A DNA stretch of 64,000 nt from a bacterium (GTDB lineage: Bacteria > Vulcanimicrobiota > Vulcanimicrobiia > Vulcanimicrobiales > SCRA01), in NCBI GenBank assembly GCA_004298675.1, contig SCRI01000002.1, forward strand, positions 13,181 to 77,180, given 5' to 3'. The translations under genes were made by a program, and so were the position numbers. This document shows positions 28,788 through 37,165 of the stretch, in pieces. Below the pieces are notes generated by a model. That model ran no database searches, had not been told where the DNA came from, and saw nothing but the letters and a program-made list of their open reading frames with translations. The stretch's first letter is position 1. Each line of letters begins with the position of its first letter.

Positions 28788-30390
28788 CTACCTGCGCACC
28801 GTGATGCTGCTCGCGCTTGCCGCTGCCACGCTTGCCGGCTGCCAGCGCGTGGGCGACCAGCGCTGGGGCACGCCACATGTTCTGCGCATCGGCATCGTGA
28901 GCGACCCCTCTTCGCTCAACCCGCTCTTCGTCACCTCACAAGCGGGCGTCGACGTCGGACAACTCTACACCGAGACGCTGATCGGGCTCTCGCCGAACAA
29001 CGAGTTGATTCCGCTCGCAGCGCAACGCGTGCCCACGCGCGCCAACGGCGGCATCTCGTCCGACGGACGCACGATTACCTACCATCTACGCCGCGACGAG
29101 CGCTTTGCCGACGGGCAGCCGCTGACGTCGGCCGACGTAGCCTTTACCTACCGCGCGATTCTCGATCCACGTAACCCCACCACTGAAGCCGAACCGTACC
29201 GGCGCATCGCCTCGCTCACCACGCCGGACCGGTACACCGTGCGCATCCATCTGCACCAGCCCTGGGCTGCCGCGGTCTCCGAGCTCTTCGCCGCCTCCGA
29301 CTACGCCTACGGCATCCTCCCCGCGCACGCGTTCGGATCCACCGACCTGCGGCATGCCGCCTGGAACGAGCGCCCCTACGGCAGCGGGCCCTTTCGCGTC
29401 GCCTCCTGGCAGCACGGCGACGAGATCGTGCTCGTGCCCAACCCCTACGCGCGCCGCAAGCCGCACGTACAACGTCTGACGCTGAAGATCGTCCCGGATT
29501 CGAACACGCTGTTCATGCAGGTGCGCACGCACGCCGTCGACGTAGCCGAGCTCACCGACGCGGATGTACCCCAAGCACGCGCGCTCACCGGCGTGCGCGT
29601 CATCGAGACGCCGCAGAACCACACCGATTTCCTGGAGTTCCAGACGCAGCGTCCGCCTCTGAACGACGTGCTGGTGCGCCGCGCGATCAGCGCGGCCATC
29701 GATCGCGGCGCCATCGCGCGCACCGTTTACCGCGGCCTGTATCCAAGTGCGACCACCGAGATACCGCCGGCGCTGTGGGCTCACGACGCCGCGATCGAAA
29801 GCCAACCCTTCGACCCCGCACGCGCCGCCGCCGGCCTGGAACGCGCCGGGTGGCACCTGCGCGGAGACGAGCGCGTGAAGAACGGCACGGCGCTGACGCT
29901 GGACTTCGCCTTCGTGGGCAGCAACGCCACGGCGCAACGGCTCGCCACGCTCGTGCAGGCGGAGCTACGTGCGGCCGGCGTTGCCGTCACGCTCAAGGCC
30001 TATCCTTCGACGCTCTTCTTCGCCCCCGCCGCCGCAGGCGGCATCGATCGCGGCGGCCGCTTCAACCTTGCCTACGATGATTGGTACGGCGGTGCCGATC
30101 CGGAGGCATCCGAGCTCTACACCTGCGATCAGCGCGCCCCCGCCGGCCCAAACAGCGAGCGCTGGTGCAGCGCAGCCTACGATCGCCTCTTTGCGGAGCA
30201 GGCCCGCACGACCGACCGCACCGCGCGTAAGCGCGCCTTCGCCGGCATGCAGCGCCTGATCGGCGCCAACGCGGTGGCCGATTTTTTGGTCTATCCCGCG
30301 GCCTTTACCGCGCTCAATCCCGCCGTCAGCGGTTATACTCCGAACATGCTCTACGCCTTCGGCAACAGCCAAGATTGGGACGTGCGCTGA
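28780..30390 (+). CDS. ABC transporter substrate-binding lipoprotein, family 5 (peptide/nickel type)
   Basis: Start MRSYLRTVMLLALAAATLAGC with a lipobox. Family-5 SBP length and motifs. Confidence 0.8.
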   Translation: MRSYLRTVMLLALAAATLAGCQRVGDQRWGTPHVLRIGIVSDPSSLNPLFVTSQAGVDVGQLYTETLIGLSPNNELIPLAAQRVPTRANGGISSDGRTITYHLRRDERFADGQPLTSADVAFTYRAILDPRNPTTEAEPYRRIASLTTPDRYTVRIHLHQPWAAAVSELFAASDYAYGILPAHAFGSTDLRHAAWNERPYGSGPFRVASWQHGDEIVLVPNPYARRKPHVQRLTLKIVPDSNTLFMQVRTHAVDVAELTDADVPQARALTGVRVIETPQNHTDFLEFQTQRPPLNDVLVRRAISAAIDRGAIARTVYRGLYPSATTEIPPALWAHDAAIESQPFDPARAAAGLERAGWHLRGDERVKNGTALTLDFAFVGSNATAQRLATLVQAELRAAGVAVTLKAYPSTLFFAPAAAGGIDRGGRFNLAYDDWYGGADPEASELYTCDQRAPAGPNSERWCSAAYDRLFAEQARTTDRTARKRAFAGMQRLIGANAVADFLVYPAAFTALNPAVSGYTPNMLYAFGNSQDWDVR

Positions 30391-30431
30391 TCCGGAGAAG
30401 TCAACTCTAAGTATACAACTGACTGCCAACG

Positions 30432-31079
30432 CTATTCAACGAGGCGCAATGGCGGACTCTCGACTTCGTCACCCCACTGATGCCAGCTCCGCCGATAGTG
30501 CCGTGCAAACAATTCTATTCTTGGCCCCTTGCTGCAACGCTCGATAATGGTCCACATTTCATCCGGCTTCTGCGAATGTCGACGTTTGCGCGTACCGATC
30601 AGATTGACTTGCGTCCGTCCGGGCTGAAGGGTTCGCAGTTTTCCGCGTGTCCCGAAAAGTACCAGCTCCGTAACGTTCCGGAAATAAAATCCAACGCCTC
30701 GACCGTCTGGCCCATTGTCTTTTCGTACCTTATACCAGACGAGATTCGTCTTATACGTGAAGCCCCATCGTTCCATCACTTCAAGGCCTTCTCTGATTAA
30801 CGCATTCGGGACCCACAGATAGAGATGAGACTCCGGCAACGCTATCTGAGCAACGGGAAGCTCCATAATCTCCTTGAGAGTCATGGTGCTGTAGCGTGAA
30901 AGGCGACGATGCTCGGGCGCCATTTTACCCGTTCGATTCGAAAAACGCCATGGCGGATCGGCATAAACGGTGCCGAATTTATTACCATCAGCAAACTCAA
31001 GAAGTGATTCGGCCGGCGTAAGGCCAGATTCAGCAGGACTTTCGAGGCAAGACCGATCCAGAATACGAGACTCTGACAC
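30432..31079 (-). CDS. MT-A70-family DNA N6-adenine methyltransferase
   Basis: DPPW catalytic motif (VYADPPWRF) and RHSQKPDE, typical of MT-A70. 215 aa, GTG start. Confidence 0.8.
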   Translation of the reverse strand: MSESRILDRSCLESPAESGLTPAESLLEFADGNKFGTVYADPPWRFSNRTGKMAPEHRRLSRYSTMTLKEIMELPVAQIALPESHLYLWVPNALIREGLEVMERWGFTYKTNLVWYKVRKDNGPDGRGVGFYFRNVTELVLFGTRGKLRTLQPGRTQVNLIGTRKRRHSQKPDEMWTIIERCSKGPRIELFARHYRRSWHQWGDEVESPPLRLVE

Positions 31080-31207
31080 CTGCTTTACCTCCAGCTCATT
31101 ACAGCATACTGCTCATCGTTTCCATGCCAAGTTACAGCCATTGCAATACGCGGAAAACGTCCGCGCCCCCTCCAGGAATTTGCCACTCTTATTCTAGTAA
31201 GGACCCT

Positions 31208-31301
31208 GTGCCACCGTCATGGCACACCGACGAAACAGATATTGGAGCCACAGGATGTCAAGGAGTCCTGCGTAATCATACAGATTACGATGATCGCGAT
31301 C
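31208..31301. promoter_or_regulatory. Cluster of palindromes in the divergent methylase/endonuclease intergenic region
   Basis: GTGCCA-N6-TGGCAC (31208-31225), CGTAATC-N5-GATTACG (31271-31289) and GATCGCGATC (31292-31301), all upstream of the endonuclease ATG at 31349. Confidence 0.25.
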
Positions 31302-31348
31302 AAAGTCGAAGAAGCTCTGCCGCAGTCTTCGATTCGGGAGAGGCATGT

Positions 31349-32089
31349 ATGTCCGAGCTACTCCCGGGCTTAGGATCGCTTGGATTCGAGGTCGAGTTTC
31401 ATAGCCACGCTGAGGCGATTCTAAGTATCGACTTCCCAGAGGTTCTAGTTGAGCTCGACCAAACGCTAAGCACGATCAAGATTCCGATCGATTCTCTCGT
31501 CAGGGGTGGCGGTGGCGAGCATGAGCTCACTCAGGAGCTCCGCCGGAGGCTAGCTACAAGATTGTGGCATAAACACAACTTCGAAATCAAGAAACTTATC
31601 GATGGCATAGAGCGCGAATCAATTAGCCACGAAGTCGATCACGTCCGTAGTTGCGAAAACGGCAAAGTTGCGCTCGAGATCGAGTGGAATAACAAGGACC
31701 CGTTCTTCGACCGTGATCTTGAAAACTTTAAGCGTCTTCACGCTGAGGCTGCAATATCGGTTGGTATCATCTTGACTCGCGGAACCAGTCTTCAAAATGG
31801 GCTTCGGTCAAAGATCCTAGAGTTTGCCCGATCTCGCAAGATTAAGTCCTTCAATGACTTGGTGCCATTTGGAATATCTCCAACGGCGCGGCAAGAAAGT
31901 CTTGTTACTTCTCGACTTGCTCGAAACGGGGACGTGTTTGCGGAGGCATGGGCCGATGTATTCGTATCCGACAAGTTCGGACAGGCGACGACGCATTGGA
32001 GAAAGCTTGAAGAAAGAGTCCATCGTGGAGTGGGCAATCCATGCCCACTGCTCTTGATCGGCATCCCGCTCGGCGTCGTCACGCCATGA
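31349..32089 (+). CDS. Putative type II restriction endonuclease, BglII/BamHI-like fold
   Basis: GGGAGAGG SD. HEVDHV...GKVALEIEWNNKDPFF gives a D-Xn-E-X-E pattern comparable with DIDFGKRDTLVEVQFSN of BglII. IILTRG and CPLLLIGIP echo BglII IIITKG and PIRLVGL. Divergent from a methyltransferase. Confidence 0.5.
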   Translation: MSELLPGLGSLGFEVEFHSHAEAILSIDFPEVLVELDQTLSTIKIPIDSLVRGGGGEHELTQELRRRLATRLWHKHNFEIKKLIDGIERESISHEVDHVRSCENGKVALEIEWNNKDPFFDRDLENFKRLHAEAAISVGIILTRGTSLQNGLRSKILEFARSRKIKSFNDLVPFGISPTARQESLVTSRLARNGDVFAEAWADVFVSDKFGQATTHWRKLEERVHRGVGNPCPLLLIGIPLGVVTP

Positions 32090-32289
32090 GACCACCCTCT
32101 TCGACCTTGAGATTTCTCGCCGTCGCCAACGGCGCCGCGGCACTGCTCTGCGCGCTCTTCGCCTTCTGGCTTCTCCACTTCGTTTGGAGGGCGTGGACGT
32201 TTGCGCTGGTCGAAATTCTCTTGGCCTTCCTCTGCTTCCGCGCATGGAAGGCCGCAAAATCTCACTGGGCGCAGCGGACTAAAGAGTAG
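32086..32289 (+). CDS. Small two-TM membrane protein (67 aa)
   Basis: ATG overlaps the endonuclease TGA (ATGA). Two hydrophobic helices (FLAVANGAAALLCALFAFWLL and FALVEILLAFLCF) and a basic C-terminus. No family recognised. Confidence 0.45.
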   Translation: MRPPSSTLRFLAVANGAAALLCALFAFWLLHFVWRAWTFALVEILLAFLCFRAWKAAKSHWAQRTKE

Positions 32290-32354
32290 GCGCCTCGCCT
32301 GCCGCGCGCGATGTGCCGCGCACGCCGCCGCTCGAGGAGTTCGAGTGCGATGGT

Positions 32355-33863
32355 CTACGATAGAACGGCGTGGACGAGAGGCGTCGTCGCCGCCACGGCG
32401 GCTTCATAGCGCGCGAACGCGCGCGCATACCGAGCGTGGCGCTGCGCATCCGTGGCGATGCGTTCGGGGTAGTGCACCAGCCGGCGCACGGCGGTGAGAT
32501 CGCTCAAGACCCCCACGGCCACGGCGGCCATCGCTGCGGCACCGAACGCCGAGGCCTCCGGCTGGTCCGGAAGCCAAGCCTCACGGCCGAAAACGTCGGC
32601 GACCAGTTCTCGAAACAGCGACGCGTGCGTAAGGCCACCGGAGAGCAGCAGCGCGCTGACGCTGCCCGCCCGCTCCTCGACCACGCGCGCGACCGCGAAG
32701 AGCGCGAAGACGATCGACTCCATGGCGGCGCGCAGCAGGTGGCGGCGGTCATGCGCGAGGTCCAAGCCTAAGAAGCCGCCGCGCAACTCCGCGTCCCAAT
32801 ACGGCGCGCGTTCGCCGGAGAGGAACGGCAAGCAGGTCACGCCGCCCGCGCCCGGCGTGACCGAACCCGCGAGCTCGACGGCGCGTGCGAAGCGCTCCGT
32901 TTCTTCGACGTCCGGCAGCAGCAGATCGAGCAGATGCGTCAGCACACCGCCGGCTGACGACGTGGGCCCGCCCACGACGTAGCGCGTGTCGTCGAGCGCA
33001 TAGCAGAACGTGCGGCCGCGCTCATCAAAACAGGGCTGCTCCGTAACGACGCGCGCGGCGGCGCTCGTGCCCAGCGTCACCGCCATCGTCGTGGCGTCCA
33101 CGGCACCGACACCGACATTGGCCAGAGCGCCGTCGCTGGAACAGAGCACCAGCGGCACGTCCCGTACCAGGCTGAGGGTGCCGGCGATCGCGGCACGTAT
33201 GCCGGTACGGCGTGTCAAGCCGGAGGCTGGGGTGGAGAGACGCTCGGCGCCCACGCGCGCCAGCTCTAGCGCGCGCACGTCCCAGGCGCGGCGCTGCACG
33301 TCGAAGTAGCCGGTACCGGAGGCGCTGCCGTGATCGATCAGCCACTCCCCAAACCAGCGGTAGACCAGCAGCTCCTTCACGGAGACGAAGCGCGCCGCAC
33401 GCGCGAACGTCTGCGGCTCGTGCTCGGAAAGCCAGCGCAGCTTGCACAGTGGAAGCATCGGATGCATCGGCGCACCGGTGCGCGCATACAGCTCGAGCGC
33501 GGTTCCGCCGGCCCGCCACCGTTCGGCGATCTCGGCACTGCGCCGGTCCATCCAGGTGATGAGCGGTCCCAGCGGCTCGCCGTGTTCGTCCACGCAGAGG
33601 ACGCCGTGCATGGCACTCGAGAGGCCGATGGCCAATACTTCGTGGCCGCGCAGATGCGCGCTGTCGATCACGCGCCGCAACGCGCGCATCGCCGCTTGAT
33701 AGATCTCGTCGGCATCCTGTTCGACATAGCCCGGCTGCGGCACGGAGAGATCGTAGTGTTCGGCGGCATCGGCGACGGCGCGGCCCTCGGGCGTAAAAGC
33801 CACCACCTTGGTAGCGCTCGTCCCAAGGTCGACACCGACGACGACGCCGCTCCCGTTACTCAC
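32355..33863 (-). CDS. FGGY-family carbohydrate kinase, gluconokinase (GntK)-like
   Basis: GTG start overlapping the MFS stop (GTGA). VGVDLGTSATK, SSAMHG, ITWMDRRS and RTGAPMHPMLPL parallel B. subtilis GntK as I recall it. Confidence 0.75.
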   Translation of the reverse strand: MSNGSGVVVGVDLGTSATKVVAFTPEGRAVADAAEHYDLSVPQPGYVEQDADEIYQAAMRALRRVIDSAHLRGHEVLAIGLSSAMHGVLCVDEHGEPLGPLITWMDRRSAEIAERWRAGGTALELYARTGAPMHPMLPLCKLRWLSEHEPQTFARAARFVSVKELLVYRWFGEWLIDHGSASGTGYFDVQRRAWDVRALELARVGAERLSTPASGLTRRTGIRAAIAGTLSLVRDVPLVLCSSDGALANVGVGAVDATTMAVTLGTSAAARVVTEQPCFDERGRTFCYALDDTRYVVGGPTSSAGGVLTHLLDLLLPDVEETERFARAVELAGSVTPGAGGVTCLPFLSGERAPYWDAELRGGFLGLDLAHDRRHLLRAAMESIVFALFAVARVVEERAGSVSALLLSGGLTHASLFRELVADVFGREAWLPDQPEASAFGAAAMAAVAVGVLSDLTAVRRLVHYPERIATDAQRHARYARAFARYEAAVAATTPLVHAVLS

Positions 33864-35137
33864 GCCGGTTCCGCGATCGGCTCGACCTTGCCCAGCACGA
33901 AGAGATAGAAGACGATGCCGATGAGCAGCACGATGCCGGCGGTGATGAACGCGTTGGAGAACGAGTTGCTCGCACCGACGATGAAGCCCGTGACCGCGGG
34001 AGCGACGAAGCCCATCATGTTGTTGACGAAATTCATGATGCCGCCGACGACGCCGACGCTGCCCTTCGGTGCGATGAGGCCGGGGAGTGACCACCCGACC
34101 GGCGCCGAGAAGGCCAGTCCGCCCAGCGCAATTGAGATCCAGACGATGGCGACGTTGGGATCGGTGGTGAAGGCCGCTGGAATCACGGCTAGCCCCAGCA
34201 GCATTCCCGCAATCAGAATCGTCTTGCGGACTTTGGTCTCCTCACCGCCGCGCGCGATCAAATAGTCGACGAGCCAGCCGCCGATGACCAAATCGGTGAT
34301 CGTGGCTACGAGCCACGGAATGGCCGTGTAGGCCGCGGACTTCAAGATATTCATGTGCGCGGTCTTGACGAGATAGCCGGGCAGCCACGTCAGGAAGAGA
34401 TAGAACGAGTAACCGTAGGCGGCGAAGCCGATCGTCAGTCCCCACACCTTGACTTTGGTCAGCAGATAGCCCAGCGTCGCGCCTTCGTTCTTGGGCGAGA
34501 GCCCCTCGGGCTGCGCCCCACCCGCGCTGATGTACTGGCGCTCGCTCTCCGACAAGCCGGGATGTTCGCTTGGATTGCGATAGATGACGTAGAAGGCGAT
34601 GAAGTAGAGCATACTGAGAATCGCCGTCATGCCGAAGCCCCAGCGCCACCCGAAGCGGAAGACGAAGAACGCCACCAGCGGGACGCCGATGACGTTCGAG
34701 AACTTGGCGGCTGCATCGAAGAGCGAGGTTGCTAGGCCACGCTCGCGCCGCGGAAACCAGTACGCGGTGGCCTTACCATTGGCGGGGAACGCCGGCGCCT
34801 CCGCGACGCCGAGCACGGCGCGAGCGGCGATCAGGTGACCCAGACTCGTGGAGAAAGCGATGACCGCGGAGGCGATGCTCCACAAGAAGGCGGCCCAACG
34901 ATTGATGAGCGTGACGCCGAAACGGTCGAGGATCAAGCCGACGGGAATCTGGAGGAGTGAGTAGGTCCAGAAGAAGGCGCCGAAGAGGATGCCGAGCTCC
35001 TGCGGCCCGATGTTGAAGACCTTCTCTAAGGACGGACCGGCCACGGACAGGTTGACGCGGTCGATGTAGTTGATGAGTGTGCCTACGCCGAGCAAAACCC
35101 CGATGCTCCAGCGCAGCTTCGGTATGCTCTGTACCAT
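33860..35137 (-). CDS. MFS transporter, anion:cation symporter (sugar-acid) type
   Basis: 12 TM helices. INYIDRVNLSVAGP and GILFGAFFWTYSLLQIPVG are typical of the hexuronate/galactonate/glucarate transporter clade. Confidence 0.8.
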   Translation of the reverse strand: MVQSIPKLRWSIGVLLGVGTLINYIDRVNLSVAGPSLEKVFNIGPQELGILFGAFFWTYSLLQIPVGLILDRFGVTLINRWAAFLWSIASAVIAFSTSLGHLIAARAVLGVAEAPAFPANGKATAYWFPRRERGLATSLFDAAAKFSNVIGVPLVAFFVFRFGWRWGFGMTAILSMLYFIAFYVIYRNPSEHPGLSESERQYISAGGAQPEGLSPKNEGATLGYLLTKVKVWGLTIGFAAYGYSFYLFLTWLPGYLVKTAHMNILKSAAYTAIPWLVATITDLVIGGWLVDYLIARGGEETKVRKTILIAGMLLGLAVIPAAFTTDPNVAIVWISIALGGLAFSAPVGWSLPGLIAPKGSVGVVGGIMNFVNNMMGFVAPAVTGFIVGASNSFSNAFITAGIVLLIGIVFYLFVLGKVEPIAEPA

Positions 35138-35146
35138 GTCTCGAGT

Positions 35147-35821
35147 CTACCCACCGAGCCAGCGTAAGGCCTGCTCGGCGTATTCTACCATCGACGAGAC
35201 ACGCAACTCCGTCTTGGCCGGATCGTAGGGCGTGGCGTTGCAGAGCCGCACCATGGCATGGCCGCCTTCGTACTCGATCAGGTTGATGCAGGCGGGATCC
35301 TGCTCCAGCGCTGCGAACGCGTCGTACTCCGCACGCAGCACGCGCCCTAAGATGGCGCGGTTGGTGGCGCCGTGCGCCACCACCAGCAGCTGCCCCCAAC
35401 CCGCGTCCGTCAACAGCTGTTCGTAGGCGTGGTGGACCCGGCGCGTGAAATCGCCAAACGACTCTCCACCAAGAAAGCGCCGCTCGGGTCCGAGTCCCTG
35501 GAACGCACCCGCGATCTCCCGCTGCAGGTTTTCCGGCGCGATGTCGGCCAGCCGCCCGCCTTCGATCTCGCGCAGGTCGTCATGCGTCTCCACCGCAACG
35601 GAGCGTCCCTCCAGCACGATGCGCGCGGTCTCCAGCGTGCGCGGCAAGCCGCTGGTCACGCAGCGGTCGAAGTCCACGTTACGTAGCGCGCGCTGTAGCG
35701 CCTGCGCCTGCACGCGTCCACGCTCGTTGAGCGGCACGGAGCGCGGCGGCAGCGCGCGCCCGTGCTCGTCGAAGTAGGAAACTTCGGCGTGGCGCAGCAG
35801 CCAGAGGCGTCTAGCCGGCAT
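35147..35821 (-). CDS. Histidine phosphatase (phosphoglycerate-mutase-fold) family protein
   Basis: RLWLLRHAEV (RHG-type motif) and VVAHGATNR. Start MPARRLW overlaps the upstream gene by 11 nt. Confidence 0.75.
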   Translation of the reverse strand: MPARRLWLLRHAEVSYFDEHGRALPPRSVPLNERGRVQAQALQRALRNVDFDRCVTSGLPRTLETARIVLEGRSVAVETHDDLREIEGGRLADIAPENLQREIAGAFQGLGPERRFLGGESFGDFTRRVHHAYEQLLTDAGWGQLLVVAHGATNRAILGRVLRAEYDAFAALEQDPACINLIEYEGGHAMVRLCNATPYDPAKTELRVSSMVEYAEQALRWLGG

Positions 35822-36188
35822 TGCCGCCCTCGAGAAAACGAGGATTCGCAACCGCCAACTTCGCCTCGACGCTGGCGCGGGCGTAGTCGAGGATGGCGCG
35901 GCGCCAGGGACCCCCGTCGGCGGCACCGCCGCGGATGCGCCGCGCCAACTCCAAGCGCAGCTCCCGCACCTCGCCTTCGGACGTGCGGAGCAACGCGCGC
36001 AGGGTCTCACGCTCGCGTGCTGCGGGTGCCGCGCCGGCGTTCAATTCGCGCACGACGATGCGCAGCGCATTGGCGGCGATCAGCGTGCGAAACTTGCCGC
36101 GTTGCTCCTGCTGAGCGGGCAGCACCTCTTGCTCCAGGAAGTGCCGGACCGCCTCGATCAGCTCGACGGCATCGGGTCGATCCTGCAT
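35811..36188 (-). CDS. Small helical protein (125 aa), DUF6285-like, in the LvaB-equivalent position
   Basis: ATGA overlap with the upstream kinase gene. MQDRPDAVELIEAVRHFLEQEV... The family name is from memory of annotations next to APH/ACAD pairs and is unverified. Confidence 0.55.
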   Translation of the reverse strand: MQDRPDAVELIEAVRHFLEQEVLPAQQEQRGKFRTLIAANALRIVVRELNAGAAPAARERETLRALLRTSEGEVRELRLELARRIRGGAADGGPWRRAILDYARASVEAKLAVANPRFLEGGNAG

Positions 36189-37165
36189 CAGGCGCCCTCC
36201 GTTTCGGCGAGCAGCCGCAGCGTCTCCAATTCCATCTCCGCAGCCAACCTTCCGAGCACGGCCAACTCGATGCTCAACTCCTCGCCGCGCAGATGGCGCG
36301 AGGCTTGCGTCAGCGCGCCGATGCCCCACTTCACGTTGCCGAAGATCTCCCAGTAGCGCAGCCGCTCCAACGTCACGGCATGGCCTCCGGCGTTGCGGTA
36401 GGCCTCCAGCATACGTTCGCGCGTGGTGATGCCGCCCGCTGGCAGATCGTCGCGGCCGAAGCGCCAAGCCCGCACGCAGAACCAGCCCAGGTCCTCGTCG
36501 GGATCGCCCGCGTGTGCCAGCTCCCAGTCGAGCACACCGCGCAAGCCCTCGGGGCCTACCATGAAGTTTCCGACGCGGTAGTCGCCGTGGACCACGGCGG
36601 CACGCTCCAGCGGCGGCGCATTCAAACGCAGCCAGCGCAGCCCCAGCTCGAGCGCCGGGTGACCTTCGTTGCAGGCGTCGAGATCTCGCTCCAACGCCGC
36701 GATGAGATCCTGCGGGCCTCTCGCCGTGCCCAGAAAGGCCACGCTGCGCAGCGGAATGTCGTGAATGCGCACCAGAGCCTGCATCGTCTGAGCGGGCAGC
36801 AGTAGGCGCGCCTGCGCGTGCGCCTGGTCGCGCACCAGACGTCTTCCGATGGTCTCGCCCTCCAAGTGCTCCATGAAGAAGGCCTCACGTCCCTCCACGG
36901 TCAGCGGTTCGAAGAGCACCCGCGGAACGGGGACGTTCGCGGTGTGCGCTGCCGTCAGCAGCGCGTACTCCTCGCCGCGCGTCCGCGCCGACGAGCTGAG
37001 CGCTCCACCCATGTCGCGGCGCAGCACGAGGTCACGCTCCTGGCTACCGTCGCGAACGCGCACCAGCCAGGCTTCCTGCGAGGCTCCGCCCGCCAAACGC
37101 CGCAGCGCGATCAGGCGATAGCCGTGCGGCTCGAGGTAGCGTTCCAGCTCCTCGGAGAGGCTCAC
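36188..37165 (-). CDS. Phosphotransferase (APH/choline-kinase fold) family protein
   Basis: Catalytic-loop motif VHGDYRVGNFMV and DWELAHAGDPDEDLG. GTGA overlap with the ACAD gene. Confidence 0.8.
   Translation of the reverse strand: MSLSEELERYLEPHGYRLIALRRLAGGASQEAWLVRVRDGSQERDLVLRRDMGGALSSSARTRGEEYALLTAAHTANVPVPRVLFEPLTVEGREAFFMEHLEGETIGRRLVRDQAHAQARLLLPAQTMQALVRIHDIPLRSVAFLGTARGPQDLIAALERDLDACNEGHPALELGLRWLRLNAPPLERAAVVHGDYRVGNFMVGPEGLRGVLDWELAHAGDPDEDLGWFCVRAWRFGRDDLPAGGITTRERMLEAYRNAGGHAVTLERLRYWEIFGNVKWGIGALTQASRHLRGEELSIELAVLGRLAAEMELETLRLLAETEGA

Larger units (their letters stand above)
30391..32090. other. Low-G+C island, probably horizontally acquired, carrying a type II R-M pair
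   Basis: Hand counts of 60-nt lines: 52% G+C (30541-30600) and 40% (31561-31620), against 73% in the flanking line 30001-30060. No integrase and no flanking repeats seen. Confidence 0.6.

Noticed and set aside
31124-31348. Upstream in-frame extension of the endonuclease ORF (321 aa in the track)
   Set aside because: The extension (MPSYSHCNTRKTS...) has no protein-like character. It covers the palindrome-rich intergenic region, and a good SD (GGGAGAGG) precedes the ATG at 31349.
30391-32354. Avoidance of BglII (AGATCT) or BamHI (GGATCC) sites as a clue to the island's specificity
   Set aside because: Both hexamers occur elsewhere in the window, for example near 4513 and 4478. No avoidance is evident, and the specificity cannot be inferred from sequence alone.
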